Shown here piece after piece: positions 37,201 to 52,400 of a stretch of 64,000 bases of DNA. This DNA comes from Eledone cirrhosa (Eukaryota): positions 8,122,001-8,186,000 of the forward strand of contig OZ024740.1 of assembly GCA_964016885.1 (NCBI GenBank), read 5' to 3'. Under the pieces are notes generated by a model. It did no database searches and had not been told where the DNA came from. It worked only from the letters and a program-made list of their open reading frames with translations. Made by a program: the position numbers and the translations under genes. Positions within the stretch are counted from its first letter, which is position 1. Each line of letters begins with the position of its first letter.

Positions 37201-39599
37201 TATATCAGTTTCGATTAGTATATCAGTTTCTACTGGTATGTCAGTTTCGATTAGTATATCAGTTTCTATTGGTATGTCAGTTTCGATTGGTATATCAGTT
37301 TCGATTCGTATATCAGTTCCTATTGCTATATCAGTTTCTATTGGTATGTCTTTTTCAATTGGTATGTTAGTTTCGATTGTATATCAGTTTCAATTGGTAT
37401 GTCAGTTTCAATTAGTATATTTGTTTTGATTGGTATGTCAAATTCAATTAGTATATCAGTTTCTATTGGCATATCAGTTTCGATTGGTATGTCAGTTTCG
37501 ATTAGTATATCAGTTTCTATAGGTATGTCAGTTTCGATTGGTATATCAGTTTCGATTGGTATATCAGTTTCTATTGGTATGTCATTTTCGATTGGTATGT
37601 CAGTTTCTATTGATATATCAGTTTTGATTGGTATATCAGTTTCGATTGGTATATCAGTTTCGATTGGTATGTCAATTTCTATTGTTGGTATATCAGTTTC
37701 TATTGGTATGTCAGTTTTGATTGGTATATCAGTTTCGATTGGTATGTCAGTTTCGATTGGTATGTCAGTTTCGATTGGTATATCAGTTCCGATTGGTATG
37801 TCAGTTTTGATTGGTATATCAGTTTCTATTGGTATATCAGTTTCGATTGGTATATCAGTTTCGATTGTTATATCAGTTTCGATTGGTATATCAGTTTCGA
37901 CTGGTATGTCAGTTTCGATTAGTATATCAGTTTCTATTGGTATGTCAGTTTCTATTGGTATATCAGTTTCTATTGGTACGTCAGTTTCTATTGGTATATC
38001 AGTTTCGATTGGTATATCAGTTTATATTAGTATGTCAGTTTCTATTTGTATGTTAGTTTCGATTAGTATATCAGTTTCTATTAGTATGTCAGTTTCGATT
38101 AGTATGTCAGTTTCTATTCATATATCAGTTTCGATTGGTATATCAGTTTCGATTGGTATATCAGTTTCGATTGGTATGTCAGTTTCTATTGGTATATTAG
38201 TTTCTATTGGTATGTCAGTTTTGATTGGTATATCAGTTTCGATTAGTATGTCAGTTTCGATTGGTATGTCAGTTTCGATTGGTATATCAGTTCCGATTGG
38301 TGTGTCAGTTTAGATTGGTATGTCAGTTTCAATTGGTATATCAGTTTCGATTGGTATGTCAATGTCTATTGGTATGTTAGTTTCGATTAGTATATCACTT
38401 TTTATTGGTATGTCAGTTTCGATTGGTATGTCTATTTCTATTGGTATGTCAGTTTCTATTGGTATATCAGTTTCGATTGGTATGTCAGTTTCTATTGGTA
38501 TATCAGTTTCTATTGGTATGTCAGTTTTGATTGGTATATCAGTTTTGACTGGTATATCAGTTCCGATTGGTATGTCAGTTTCGATTGGTACGTCAAGTTC
38601 GATAGGTATATTAGTTTCTATTGGTATGTTAGTTTCAATTAATATATCAGTTTCTATTGGTATGCCAGTTTCAATTAGTATATCAGTTTCTATTGGTATG
38701 TCATTTTCGATTGGTATGTTAGTCCTCGAATTGTATGTCAGTTTCTATTGGTATTTCAGTTTTGATTAGTATACCAGTTTCGTTTGGTATATCAGTTTCG
38801 ATTGGTATGTCAGTTTCTATTGGTATATCAGTTTCTACTGGTATGTCAGTTTTGATTGGTATATCAGTTTCGATTGGTATGTCAGTTTCGATTGGTATGT
38901 CAGTTTCGATTTGTATATCAGTTCCGATTGGTATGTTAATTTCGATTGGTATATCAGTTTCTATTGGTATATCAGTTTTGATTGGTATATCAATTTCTAT
39001 TGGTATATCAGTTTCGATTGATATATCAGTTTCGATTAGTATGTCAGTTTCTACTGGTATGTCAGTTTCGATTGGTATGTCAATGTCTATTGGTATGTTA
39101 GTTTCGATTAGTATATCACTTTTTATTGGTATGTCAGTTTCGATTGGTATGTCTATTTCTATTGGTATGTCAGTTTCTATTGGTATATCAGTTTCTATTG
39201 GTATGTCAGTTTTGATTGGTATATCAGTTTCAATTGGTATGTCAGTTTCGATTGGTATATCAGTTTCGATTAGTATGTCACTATCTATTTGTATATCAGT
39301 TTCTATTGGTATGTCAGTTTCGACTGGTATGTCAGTTTCGATTGGTATATCAGTTCCGATTGGTATATCAGTTTCTATTTGTATATCAGTTTCGATTGAT
39401 ATATCAGTTTCGATTAGTATGTCAGTTTCTACTGGTATGTCAGTTTGGATTGGTATGTAAATTTCGATTGGTATATCAGTTTCGATGGTATGTCAATTTC
39501 GATTGGTATATCAGTTTCGATTAGTAGGTCAGTTTCTATTCGTATATCAGTTTTGATTGGTATATCAGTTTCGACTGGTATGTCAGTTTCGATTGGTAT

Positions 39600-42160
39600 A
39601 TCAGTTCTGATTGGTATATCAGTTTCTATTGGTATATCAGTTTTGATTGATATATCAGTTTCGATTAGTATGTCAGTTTCTACTGGTATGTCAGTTTGGA
39701 TTGGTATGTCAGTTTCGATTGGTATGTCAGTTTCGATTAGTATGTCAGTTTCTATTGGTATATCAGTTTCTATTGGTATGTCAGTTTTGATTGGTATATC
39801 AGTTTCGATTGGTATGTCAGTTTCGATTGGTATATCAGTTTCGATGGTATGTCAATTTCGATTGGTATATCAGTTTCGATTAGTATGTCAGTTTCTATTG
39901 GTATATCAGTTTCTATTGGTATATCAGTTTCGATTGATATATCAGTTTCGATTAGTATGTCAGTTTCTACTGGTATGTCAGTTTGGATTGGTATATCAGT
40001 TTCGATTAGTATGTTAGTTTCTATTGGAATATCAGTTTCGATTGGTATATCAGTTCCGATTGGTATGTCAGTTTCTATTGGTATATCAGTTTCTATTGGT
40101 ACGTCAGTTTCTATTGGTATATCAGTTTCGATTGGTATATCAGTTTATATTAGTATGTCAGTTTCTATTGGTATGTTAGTTTCGATTAGTATATCAGTTT
40201 CTATTAGTATGTCAGTTTCGATTAGTATGTCAGTTTCTATTCATATATCAGTTTCGATTGGTATATCAGTTTCGATTGGTATATCAGTTTCGATTGGTAT
40301 GTCAGTTTCTATTGGTATATCAGTTTCTAATGGTATGTCAGTTTTGATTGGTATATCAGTTTCGATTCGTATGTCAGTTTCGATTGGTATGTCAGTTTCG
40401 ATTGGTATATCAGTTCCGATTGGTATGTCAGTTTCGATTGGTATGTCAGTTTCAATTGGTATATCAGTTTCGATTGGTATGTCAATGTCTATTGGTATGT
40501 TAGTTTCGATTAGTATATACACTTTTTATTGGTATGTCAGTTTCGATTGGTATGTCTATTTCTATTGGTATGTCAGTTTCTATTGGTATATCAGTTTCGA
40601 TTGGTATGTCAGTTTCTATTGGTATATCAGTTTCTATTGGTATGTCAGTTTTGATTGGTATATCAGTTTTGACTGGTATATCAGTTCCGATTGGTATGTC
40701 AGTTTCGATTGGTACGTCAATTTCGATAGGTATATTAGTTTCTATTGGTATGTTAGTTTCAATTAATATATCAGTTTCTATTGGTATGCCAGTTTCAATT
40801 AGTATATCAGTTTCTATTGGTATGTCATTTTCGATTGGTATGTTAGTCCTCGAATCGTATGTCAGTTTCTATTGGTATTTCAGTTTTGATTAGTATATCA
40901 GTTCCGATTGGTATATCAGTTTCTATTGGTATATCAGTTTTGATTGATATATCAGTTTCGATTAGTATGTCAGTTTCTACTGGTATGTCAGTTTGGATTG
41001 GTATGTCCGTTTCGATTGGTATGTCAGTTTCGATTAGTATGTCAGTTTCTATTGGTATATCAGTTTCTATTGGTATGTCAGTTTTGATTGGTATATCAGT
41101 TTCGATTGGTATGTCAGTTTCGATTGGTATATCAGTTTCGATGGTATGTCAATTTCGATTGGTATATCAGTTTCTATTGGTATATCAGTTTCGATTGATA
41201 TATCAGTTTCGATTAGTATGTCAGTTTCTACTGGTATGTCAGTTTGGATTGGTATATCAGTTTCGATTAGTATGTTAGTTTCTATTGGAATATCAGTTTC
41301 GATTGGTATATCAGTTCCGATTGGTATGTCTGTTTCTATTGGTATATCAGTTTCTATTGGTACGTCAGTTTCTATTGGTATATCAGTTTCGATTGGTATA
41401 TCAGTTTATATTAGTATGTCAGTTTCTATTGGTATGTTAGTTTCGATTATTATATCAGTTTCTATTAGTATGTCAGTTTCGATTAGTATGTCAGTTTCTA
41501 TTCCTATATCAGTTTCGATTGGTATATCAGTTTCGATTGGTATATCAGTTTCGATTGGTATGTCAGTTTCTATTGGTATATCAGTTTCTATTGGTATGTC
41601 AGTTTTGATTGGTATATCAGTTTCGATTGGTATGTCAGTTTCGATTGGTATGTCAGTTTCGATTGGTATATCAGTTCCGATTGGTATGTCAGTTTCGATT
41701 GGTATGTCAGTTTCAATTGGTATATCAGTTTCGATTGGTATGTCAATGTCTATTGGTATGTTAGTTTCGATTAGTATATACACTTTTTATTGGTATGTCA
41801 GTTTCGATTGGTATGTCTATTTCTATTGGTATGTCAGTTTCTATTGGTATATCAGTTTCGATTGGTATGTCAGTTTCTATTGGTATATCAGTTTCTATTG
41901 GTATGTCAGTTTTGATTGGTATATCAGTTTTGACTGGTATATCAGTTCCGATTGGTATGTCAGTTTCGATTGGTACGTCAATTTCGATAGGTATATTAGT
42001 TTCTATTGGTATGTTAGTTTCAATTAATATATCAGTTTCTATTGGTATGCCAGTTTCAATTAGTATATCAGTTTCTATTGGTATGTCATTTTCGATTGGT
42101 ATGTTAGTCCTCGAATCGTATGTCAGTTTCTATTGGTATTTCAGTTTTGATTAGTATATC
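39600..42160. repeat. ~1.26-1.30-kb tandem higher-order duplication (boundaries approximate)
   Basis: Rare markers TATATACACTTTTTATT and GTCCTCGAATCGT recur at offset 1261. One 36-bp (2-monomer) indel between the units. Confidence 0.85.
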
Positions 42161-45100
42161 AGTTTCGTTTGGTATATCAGTTTCGATTGGTATGTCAGTT
42201 TCTATTGGTATATCAGTTTCTACTGGTATGTCAGTTTTGATTGGTATGTCAGTTTCGACTGGTATGTCAGTTTCGATTGGTATATCAGTTCCGATTGGTA
42301 TATCAGTTTCTATTGGTATATCAGTTTCGATTGATATATCAGTTTCGATTAGTATGTCAGTTTCTACTGGTATGTCAGTTTGGATTGGTATGTCAGTTTC
42401 GATTGGTATGTCAGTTTCTATTGGTATGTCAGTTTTGATTGGTATATTAGTTTCGATTGGTATGTCAGTTTCGATTGGTATATCAGTTTCGATGGTATGT
42501 CAATTTCGATTGGTATATCAGTTTCGATTAGTATGTCAGTTTCTATTGGTATATCAGTTTCTATTGGTATATCAGTTTCGATTGATATATCAGTTTCGAT
42601 TAGTATGTCAGTTTCTACTGGTATGTCAGTTTGGATTGGTATGTCAGTTTTGATTGGTATGTCAGTTTTGATTGGTATGTCAATTTCGATTGGTATATCA
42701 GTTTCGATTAGTATGTTAGTTTCTATTGGTATATCAGTTTCCACTGGTATATCAGATTCGATTAGTATAATCAGTTTCTATTGGTATGTCAGTTTCTATT
42801 GGTATATCAGTTTCGATTGGTATATCAGTTTCGATTAGTATGTCAGTTTCTATTGCTATGTCAGTATCGATTAGTATATCAGTTTCTAATGGTTTGTCAG
42901 TTTCGATCGGTATGTCAGTTTCTATTGATATATCAGTTTTGATTGGTATATCAGTTTCGATTGGTATATCAGTTTCGATTGATATGTCAGTTTCTATTGG
43001 TATATCAGTTTCTATTGGTATGTCAGTTTCGATTGGTATATCAGTTTCGATTGGTATGTCAGTTTCGATTGGTAAGTCAGTTTCGAATTGGTATATCAGT
43101 TGCGATTGGTATGTCAGTTTTGATTGGTATATCAGTTTCTATTGGTATATCAATTTCGATTGGTATATCAGTTTCGATTGTTATATCAGTTTCGATTGGT
43201 ATATCAGTTTCGACTGGTATGTCAGTTTCGATTAGTATATCAGTTTCTATTGGTATGTCAGTTTCTATTGGTATATCAGTTTCGATTGGTATATCAGTTT
43301 CGATTAGTATGTCAGTTTCTATTAGTATGTTAGTTTCGATTAGTATATCAGTATCTATTAGTATGTCTGTTGCGATTGATCTGCCAGTTTCTATTAGTAT
43401 GTTAGTTTCGATTAGTATATCAGTTTCTATTAGTATGTCAGTTTGGATTGGTACATCAGTTTCTATTCATATATCAGTTTCGATTGGTATATCAGTTTCG
43501 ATTGGTATGTCAGTTTCGATTGGTATGTCAGTTTCTATTGGTATATCAGTTTCTATTGGTATGTCAGTTTTCATTGGTATATCAGTTTCAATTGGTATGT
43601 CAGTTTCGACTGGTATGTCAGTTTCGATTGGTATATCAGTTCCGATTGGTATATCAGTTTCTATTAGTATATCAGTTTCGATTGATATATCAGTTTCAAT
43701 TGGTATGTCAGTTTCGATTGGTATATCAGTTTCGATGGTATGTCAATTTCGATTGGTATGTCAGTTTCGATTGGTATGTCAGTTTCTATTGGTATGTCAA
43801 TTTCGATTGGTATACCAGTTTCGATTAGTATGTTAGTTTCTATTGGAATATCAATTTCGATTGGTATATCAGTTTCGATTGGTATGTCAGTTTCTATTGG
43901 TATATCAGTTTCGACTGGTACATCAGTTTCGATTAGTATAATCAGTTTCTATTGGTATGTCAGTTTCTATTGATATATCAGTTTTGATTGGTATATCAGT
44001 TCCGATTGGTATATCAGTTTCGATTTGTATGTCAGTTTCTATTGGTATATCAGTTGCTATTGGTATGTCAGTTTTGATTGGTATGTCAGTTTCGATTGGT
44101 ATGTCAGTTTCTATTGGTATATCAGTTTCGATTAGTATATCAGTTTCTACTGGTATATCAGTTTCGATTGGTATGTCAGTTTCGATTAGTATATCAGTTT
44201 CTATAGGTATGTCAGTTTCTGTTGGTATATCAGTTTTCGATTGGTATATCAGTTTCTATTGGTATGTCAGTTTCGATTGGTATGTCAGTTTCTATTGGTA
44301 TATCAGTTTCGATTGATACATCAGTTTCGATTAGTATGTCAGTTTTTACTGGTATGTCAGTTTTGATTAGTATATCAGTTTCTATTGGTATGTCAGTTTC
44401 GATTGGTATGTCAGTTTCGATTGGTATGTCAATTTCAATTAGTATATCAGTTTCTATGGGTATATCAGTTTCGATTGGTATATCAGTTTATATTGGTATA
44501 TCAGTTTCGTTTGATATATCAGTTACGATTAGTATGTTAGTTTCTATTGGTATATCAGTTTCGATTGGTATGTCAGTTTCTATTGGTATATCAGTTTCGA
44601 CTGGTATATCAGTTTCGATTAGTATGTGAGTTTCTATTGCTATGTTAGTTTCGATTAGTATATCAGTTTCGATTGAAATATCAGTTTCGATTAGTATGTC
44701 AGTTTCTACTGGTATGTCAGTTTGGATTTGTATGTCAGTTTCGATTGGTATGTCAGTATCTATTGGTATATGAGCTTCTATTTGTATGTCAGTTTTGATT
44801 GGTATATCAGTTTCGATTGGTATGTCAGTTTCGATTGGTATATCAGTTTCGATGGTATGTCAATTTCGATTGGTATCTCAGTTTCGATTAGTATGTCAGT
44901 TTCTATTGGTATATCAGTTTCTATTGGTATATCAGTTTCGATTGATATGTCAGTTTCTACTGGTATGTCAGTTTGGATTGGTATGTCAGTTTCGATTGGT
45001 ATGTCAGTTTCGATTGGTATGTCAATTTCGATTGGTATATCAGTTTCGATTAGTATGTTAGTATCTATTGGAATATCAGTTTCGGTTGGTATATCAGTTT

Positions 45101-45825
45101 CGATTGGTATGTCAGTTTCTATTGGTATATCAGTTTCGATTGATACATCAGTTTCGATTAGTATGTCAGTTTTTACTGGTATGTCAGTTTCGATTAGTAT
45201 ATCAGTTTCTATTGGTATGTCAGTTTGGATTGGTATATCAGTTTCGACTGGTATATCAGTTTCGATTAGTATAATCAGTTTCTATTGGTATGTCAGTTTC
45301 TATTGATATATCAGTTTTGATTGGTATATCAGTTCCGATTGGTATATCAGTTTCGATTGGTATGTCAGTTTCTATTGGTATATCAGTTTCTATGGGTATA
45401 TCTGTTTCGGTTGGTATATCAGTTTCGATTGGTATGTCAGTTTCTATTGGTATATCAGTTTCGATTGATACATCAGTTTCGATTAGTATGTCAGTTTTTA
45501 TTGGTATGTCAATTTCAATTAGTATATCAGTTTCTATGGGTATATCTGTTTCGATTGGTATAGCAGTTTCGATTAGTATATAAGTTTCTATTGGTATGTC
45601 AGTTTCGATTGGTATGTCAGTTTCGATTGGTATGTCAATTTCAATTAGTATATCAGTTTCTATGGGTATATCTGTTTCGATTGGTATAGCAGTTTCGATT
45701 AGTATATCAGTATCTATAGGTATGTCAGTTTCTATTGGTATATCAGTTTCGATTGGTATATCAGTTTATATTGGTATATCAGTTTCGATTGATATATCAG
45801 TTTCGATTAGTATGTCAGTTTCTAT

Positions 45826-48800
45826 TGGTATATCAGTTTCGCCTGGTATGTCAGTTTCTATTGGTATATCAGTTTCTATTGGTATATCAGTTTCGATTAG
45901 TATGTCAGTTTCTATTGCTATGTTAGTTTCGATTAGTATATCAGTTTCTATTGATATATCAGTTTTGATTGGTATATCAGTTCCGATTGGTATATCAGTT
46001 TTGATTGGTATATCAGTTTCTATTGGTATATCAGTTTCGATTGTTATATCAGTTTCGATTGTTATATCAGTTTCGATTGGTATATCAGTTTCGACTGGTA
46101 TGTCAGTTTCGATTAGTATATCAGTTTCTATTGGTATGTCAGTTTCTATTGGTATATCAGTTTCGATTGGTATATCAGTTTCGATTAGTATGTCAGTTTC
46201 TATTAGTATGTTAGTTTCTATTGGTATATCAGTTTCGACTGGTATATCAGATTCGATTAGTATAATCAGTTTCTATTGGTATGTCAGTTTCTATTGGTAT
46301 ATCAGTTTCAATTGGTATATCAGTTTCGATTAGTATGTCAGTTTCTATTGCTATGTCAGTATCGATTAGTATATCAGTTTCTAATGGTTTGTCAGTTTCG
46401 ATCGGTATGTCAGTTTCTATTGATATATCAGTTTTGATTGGTATATCAGTTTCGATTGGTATATCAGTTTCGATTGATATGTCAGTTTCTATTGGTATAT
46501 CAGTTTCTATTGGTATGTCAGTTTCGATTGGTATATCAGTTTCGATTGGTATGTCAGTTTCGATTGGTAAGTCAGTTTCGAATTGGTATATCAGTTCCGA
46601 TTGGTATGTCAGTTTTGATTGGTATATCAGTTTCTATTGGTATATCAGTTTCGATTGGTATATCAGTTTCGATTGTTATATCAGTTTCGATTGGTATATC
46701 AGTTTCGACTGGTATGTCAGTTTCGATTAGTATATCAGTTTCTATTGGTATGTCAGTTTCTATTGGTATATCAGTTTCGATTGGTATATCAGTTTCGATT
46801 AGTATGTCAGTTTCTATTAGTATGTTAGTTTCGATTAGTATATCAGTATCTATTAGTATGTCAGTTTCGATTGATATGCCGTTTCTATTAGTATGTTAGT
46901 TTCGATTAGTATATCAGTTTCTATTAGTATGTCAGTTTGGATTGGTACATCAGTTTCTATTCATATATCAGTTTCGATTGGTATATCAGTTTCGATTGGT
47001 ATATCAGTTTCGATTGGTATGTCAGTTTCTATTGGTATTTCAGTTTCTATTGGTATGTCAGTTTTCATTGGTATATCAGTTTCAATTGGTATGTCAGTTT
47101 CGACTGGTATGTCAGTTTCGATTGGTATATCAGTTCCGATTGGTATATCAGTTTCTATTGGTATATCAGTTTCGATTGATATATCAGTTTCAATTGGTAT
47201 GTCAGTTTCGATTGGTATATCAGTTTCGATGGTATGTCAATTTCGATTGGTATGTCAGTTTCGAATGGTATGTCAGTTTCTATTGGTATGTCAATTTCGA
47301 TTGGTATATCAGTTTCGATTGGTGTGTCAGTTTCTATTGGTATATCAGTTTCGACTGGTACATCAGTTTCGATTAGTATAATCAGTTTCTATTGGTATGT
47401 CAGTTTCTATTGATATATCAGTTTTGATTGGTATATCAGTTCCGATTGGTATATCAGTTTCGATTTGTATGTCAGTTTCTATTGGTATATCAGTTGCTAT
47501 TGGTAAGTCAGTTTTGATTGGTATGTCAGTTTCGATTGGTATGTCAGTTTTGATTGGTATGTCAGTTTCTATAGGTATGTCAGTTTCTATTGGTATATCA
47601 GTTTCGATTAGTATATCAGTTTCTACTGGTATATCAGTTTCGCCTGGTATGTCAGTTTCTATTGGTATATCAGTTTCTATTGGTATATCAGTTTCGATTA
47701 GTATGTCAGTTTCTATTGCTATGTTAGTTTCGATTAGTATATCAGTTTCTATTGATATATCAGTTTTGATTGGTATATCAGTTCCGATTGGTATATCAGT
47801 TTTGATTGGTATATCAGTTTCTATTGGTATATCAGTTTCGATTGTTATATCAGTTTCGATTGTTATATCAGTTTCGATTGGTATATCAGTTTCGACTGGT
47901 ATGTCAGTTTCGATTAGTATATCAGTTTCTATTGGTATGTCAGTTTCTATTGGTATATCAGTTTCGATTGGTATATCAGTTTCGATTAGTATGTCAGTTT
48001 CTATTAGTATGTTAGTTTCTATTGGTATATCAGTTTCGACTGGTATATCAGATTCGATTAGTATAATCAGTTTCTATTGGTATGTCAGTTTCTATTGGTA
48101 TATCAGTTTCAATTGGTATATCAGTTTCGATTAGTATGTCAGTTTCTATTGCTATGTCAGTATCGATTAGTATATCAGTTTCTAATGGTTTGTCAGTTTC
48201 GATCGGTATGTCAGTTTCTATTGATATATCAGTTTTGATTGGTATATCAGTTTCGATTGGTATATCAGTTTCGATTGATATGTCAGTTTCTATTGGTATA
48301 TCAGTTTCTATTGGTATGTCAGTTTCGATTGGTATATCAGTTTCGATTGGTATGTCAGTTTCGATTGGTAAGTCAGTTTCGAATTGGTATATCAGTTCCG
48401 ATTGGTATGTCAGTTTTGATTGGTATATCAGTTTCTATTGGTATATCAGTTTCGATTGGTATATCAGTTTCGATTGTTATATCAGTTTCGATTGGTATAT
48501 CAGTTTCGACTGGTATGTCAGTTTCGATTAGTATATCAGTTTCTATTGGTATGTCAGTTTCTATTGGTATATCAGTTTCGATTGGTATATCAGTTTCGAT
48601 TAGTATGTCAGTTTCTATTAGTATGTTAGTTTCGATTAGTATATCAGTATCTATTAGTATGTCAGTTTCGATTGATATGCCGTTTCTATTAGTATGTTAG
48701 TTTCGATTAGTATATCAGTTTCTATTAGTATGTCAGTTTGGATTGGTACATCAGTTTCTATTCATATATCAGTTTCGATTGGTATATCAGTTTCGATTGG

Positions 48801-49443
48801 TATATCAGTTTCGATTGGTATGTCAGTTTCTATTGGTATTTCAGTTTCTATTGGTATGTCAGTTTTCATTGGTATATCAGTTTCAATTGGTATGTCAGTT
48901 TCGACTGGTATGTCAGTTTCGATTGGTATATCAGTTCCGATTGGTATATCAGTTTCTATTGGTATATCAGTTTCGATTGATATATCAGTTTCAATTGGTA
49001 TGTCAGTTTCGATTGGTATATCAGTTTCGATGGTATGTCAATTTCGATTGGTATGTCAGTTTCGAATGGTATGTCAGTTTCTATTGGTATGTCAATTTCG
49101 ATTGGTATATCAGTTTCGATTGGTGTGTCAGTTTCTATTGGTATATCAGTTTCGACTGGTACATCAGTTTCGATTAGTATAATCAGTTTCTATTGGTATG
49201 TCAGTTTCTATTGATATATCAGTTTTGATTGGTATATCAGTTCCGATTGGTATATCAGTTTCGATTTGTATGTCAGTTTCTATTGGTATATCAGTTGCTA
49301 TTGGTATGTCAGTTTTGATTGGTATGTCAGTTTCGATTGGTATGTCAGTTTTGATTGGTATGTCAGTTTCTATAGGTATGTCAGTTTCTATTGGTATATC
49401 AGTTTCGATTAGTATATCAGTTTCTACTGGTATATCAGTTTCG
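45826..49443. repeat. 1801-bp tandem higher-order duplication
   Basis: Constant offset 1801 (46005/47806, 46281/48082, 46893/48694, 47397/49198). Shared rare markers TTTCGCCTGG and GATATGCCGTTTC. A more diverged related copy lies near 42700-44160. Confidence 0.92.
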
Positions 49444-52400
49444 ATTAGTATATCAGTTTCAATTGGTATGTAAGTTTCGATTGGTATATCAGTTTCAATT
49501 GGTATGTCTGTTTCAATTAGTAAATTTTGTTTCGATTGGTATGTCAATTTCAATTAGTATATCAGTTTCTATTGGTATATCAGTTTCGATTGGTATGTCA
49601 GTTTCGATTAGTATATCAGTTTCTATAGGTATGTCAGTTTCTGTTGGTATATCAGTTTTCGATTGGTATATCAGTTTCTATTGGTATGTCAGTTTCGATT
49701 GGTATGTCAGTTTCTATTGGTATATCAGTTTCGATTGATACATCAGTTTCGATTAGTATGTCAGTTTTTACTGGTATGTCAGTTTTGATTAGTATATCAG
49801 TTTCTATTGGTATGTCAGTTTCGATTGGTATGTCAGTTTCGATTGGTATGTCAATTTCAATTAGTATATCAGTTTCTATGAGTATATCAGTTTCGATTGG
49901 TATAGCAGTGTCGATTAGTATATCAGTTTCTATAGGTAAGTCAGTTTCTATTGGTATATCAGTTTCGATTGGTATATCAGTTTATATTGGTATATCAGTT
50001 TCGTTTGATATATCAGTTACGATTAGTATGTTAGTTTCTATTGGTATATCAGTTTCGATTGGTATGTCAGTTTCTATTGGTATATCAGTTTCGACTGGTA
50101 TATCAGTTTCGATTAGTATAATCAGTTTCTATTGGTATGTTAGTTTCTATTGGTATATCAGTTTCTATTGGTATATCAGTTTCGATTAGTATGTGAGTTT
50201 CTATTGCTATCTTAGTTTCGATTAGTATATCAGTTTCTATTGGTATGTCAGTTTCGATCGTTATATCAGTTTCTATTCGTATGTCAGTTTCGATTGGTAT
50301 ATCAGTTTCGATTGGTATATCAGTTTTGATTGGTATGTCAGTTTCTATTGGTATATCAGTTTCTATTGGTATGTCAGTTTCGACTGGTATGTCAGTTTCG
50401 ATTGGTATATCAGTTCTGATAGGTATATCAGTTTCTATTGGTATATCAGTTTCGATTGAAATATCAGTTTCGATTAGTATGTCAGTTTCTACTGGTATGT
50501 CAGTTTGGATTTGTATGTCAGTTTCGATTGGTATGTCAGTATCTATTGGTATATGAGCTTCTATTTGTATGTCAGTTTTGATTGGTATATCAGTTTCGAT
50601 TGGTATGTCAGTTTCGATTGGTATATCAGTTTCGATGGTATGTCAATTTCGATTGGTATCTCAGTTTCGATTAGTATGTCAGTTTCTATTGGTATATCAG
50701 TTTCTATTGGTATATCAGTTTCGATTGATATATCAGTTTCGATTAGTATGTCAGTTTCTACTGGTATGTCAGTTTGGATTGGTATGTCAGTTTCGATTGG
50801 TATGTCAGTTTCGATTGGTATGTCAATTTCGATTGGTATATCAGTTTCGATTAGTATGTTAGTTTCTATTGGAATATCAGTTTCGATTGGTATATCAGTT
50901 TCGATTGGTATGTCAGTTTCTATTGGTATATCAGTTTCGATTGATACATCAGTTTCGATTAGTATATCAGTTTTTATTGGTATGTCAGTTTCGATTAGTA
51001 TAAAAGTTTCTATTGGTATGTCAGTTTCGATTGGTATGTCAGTTTCGATTGGTATGTCAATTTCTATTGGTATATCAGTTTCGACTGATACATCAGTTTC
51101 GATTAGTATGTCAGTTTTTACTGGTATGTCAGTTTCGATTAGTATATCAGTTTCTATTGGTATGTCAGTTTGGATTGGTATATCAGTTTCGACTGGTATA
51201 TCAGTTTCGATTAGTATAATCAGTTTCTATTGGTATGTCAGTTTCTATTGATATATCAGTTTTGATTGGTATATCAGTTCCGATTGGTATATCAGTTTCG
51301 ATTGGTATGTCAGTTTCTATTGGTATATCAGTTTCGATTGATACATCAGTTTCGATTAGTATATCAGTTTTTATTGGTATGTCAGTTTCGATTAGTATAA
51401 AAGTTTCTATTGGTATGTCAGTTTCGATTGGTATGTCAGTTTCGATTGGTATAGCAGTTTCGATTAGTATATCAGTTTCTATAGGTATGTCTGTTTCTAT
51501 TGGTATATCAGTTTCGATTGGTATATCAGTTTATATTGGTATATCAGTTTCGATTGATATATCAGTTTCGATTAGTATGTCAGTTTCTATTGGTATATCA
51601 GTTTCGCCTGGTATGTCAGTTTCTATTGGTATATCAGTTTCTATTGGTATATCAGTTTCGATTGGTATATCAGTTTCGATTGTTATATCAGTTCCAATTG
51701 GTATGTCAGTTTTGATTGGTATATCAGTTTCTATTGGTATATCAGTTTCGATTGGTATATCAGTTTCGATTGTTATATCAGTTTCGATTGGTATATCAGT
51801 CTCGACTGGTATGTCAGTTTCGATTAGTATATCAGTTTCTATTGGTATGTCAGTTTCTATTGGTATATCAGTTTCGATTGGTATATCAGTTTCGATTAGT
51901 ATGTCAGTTTCTATTAGTATGTTAGTTTCGATTAGTATATCAGTCTCTATTAGTATGTCAGTTTCGATTGGTATGTCAGTTTCTATTAGTATGTCAGTTT
52001 CGATTGGTACATCAGTTTCGATTGGTATATCAGTTTCTATTGCTATGTTAGTTTCGATTAGTATATCAGTTTCTATTGGTATGTCAGTTTCGATCGTTAT
52101 GTCAGTTTCTATTGATATATCAGTTTTGATTGGTATATCAGTTTCGATTGGTATATCAGTTTCGATTGGTATGTCTGTTTCTATTGGTATGTCAGTTTCT
52201 ATTGGTATGTCAGTTTCGATTGGTATATCAGTTTTGATTGGTATGTCAGTTTCAATTGGTTTGTTAGTTTCGATTGGTATATCAGTTTCAATTGGTATGT
52301 CAGTTTTGATTGGTATATCAGTTTCTATTGGTATATCAGTTTCGATTGGTATATCAGTTTCGATTGTTATATCAGTTTCGATTGGTATATCAGTTTCGAC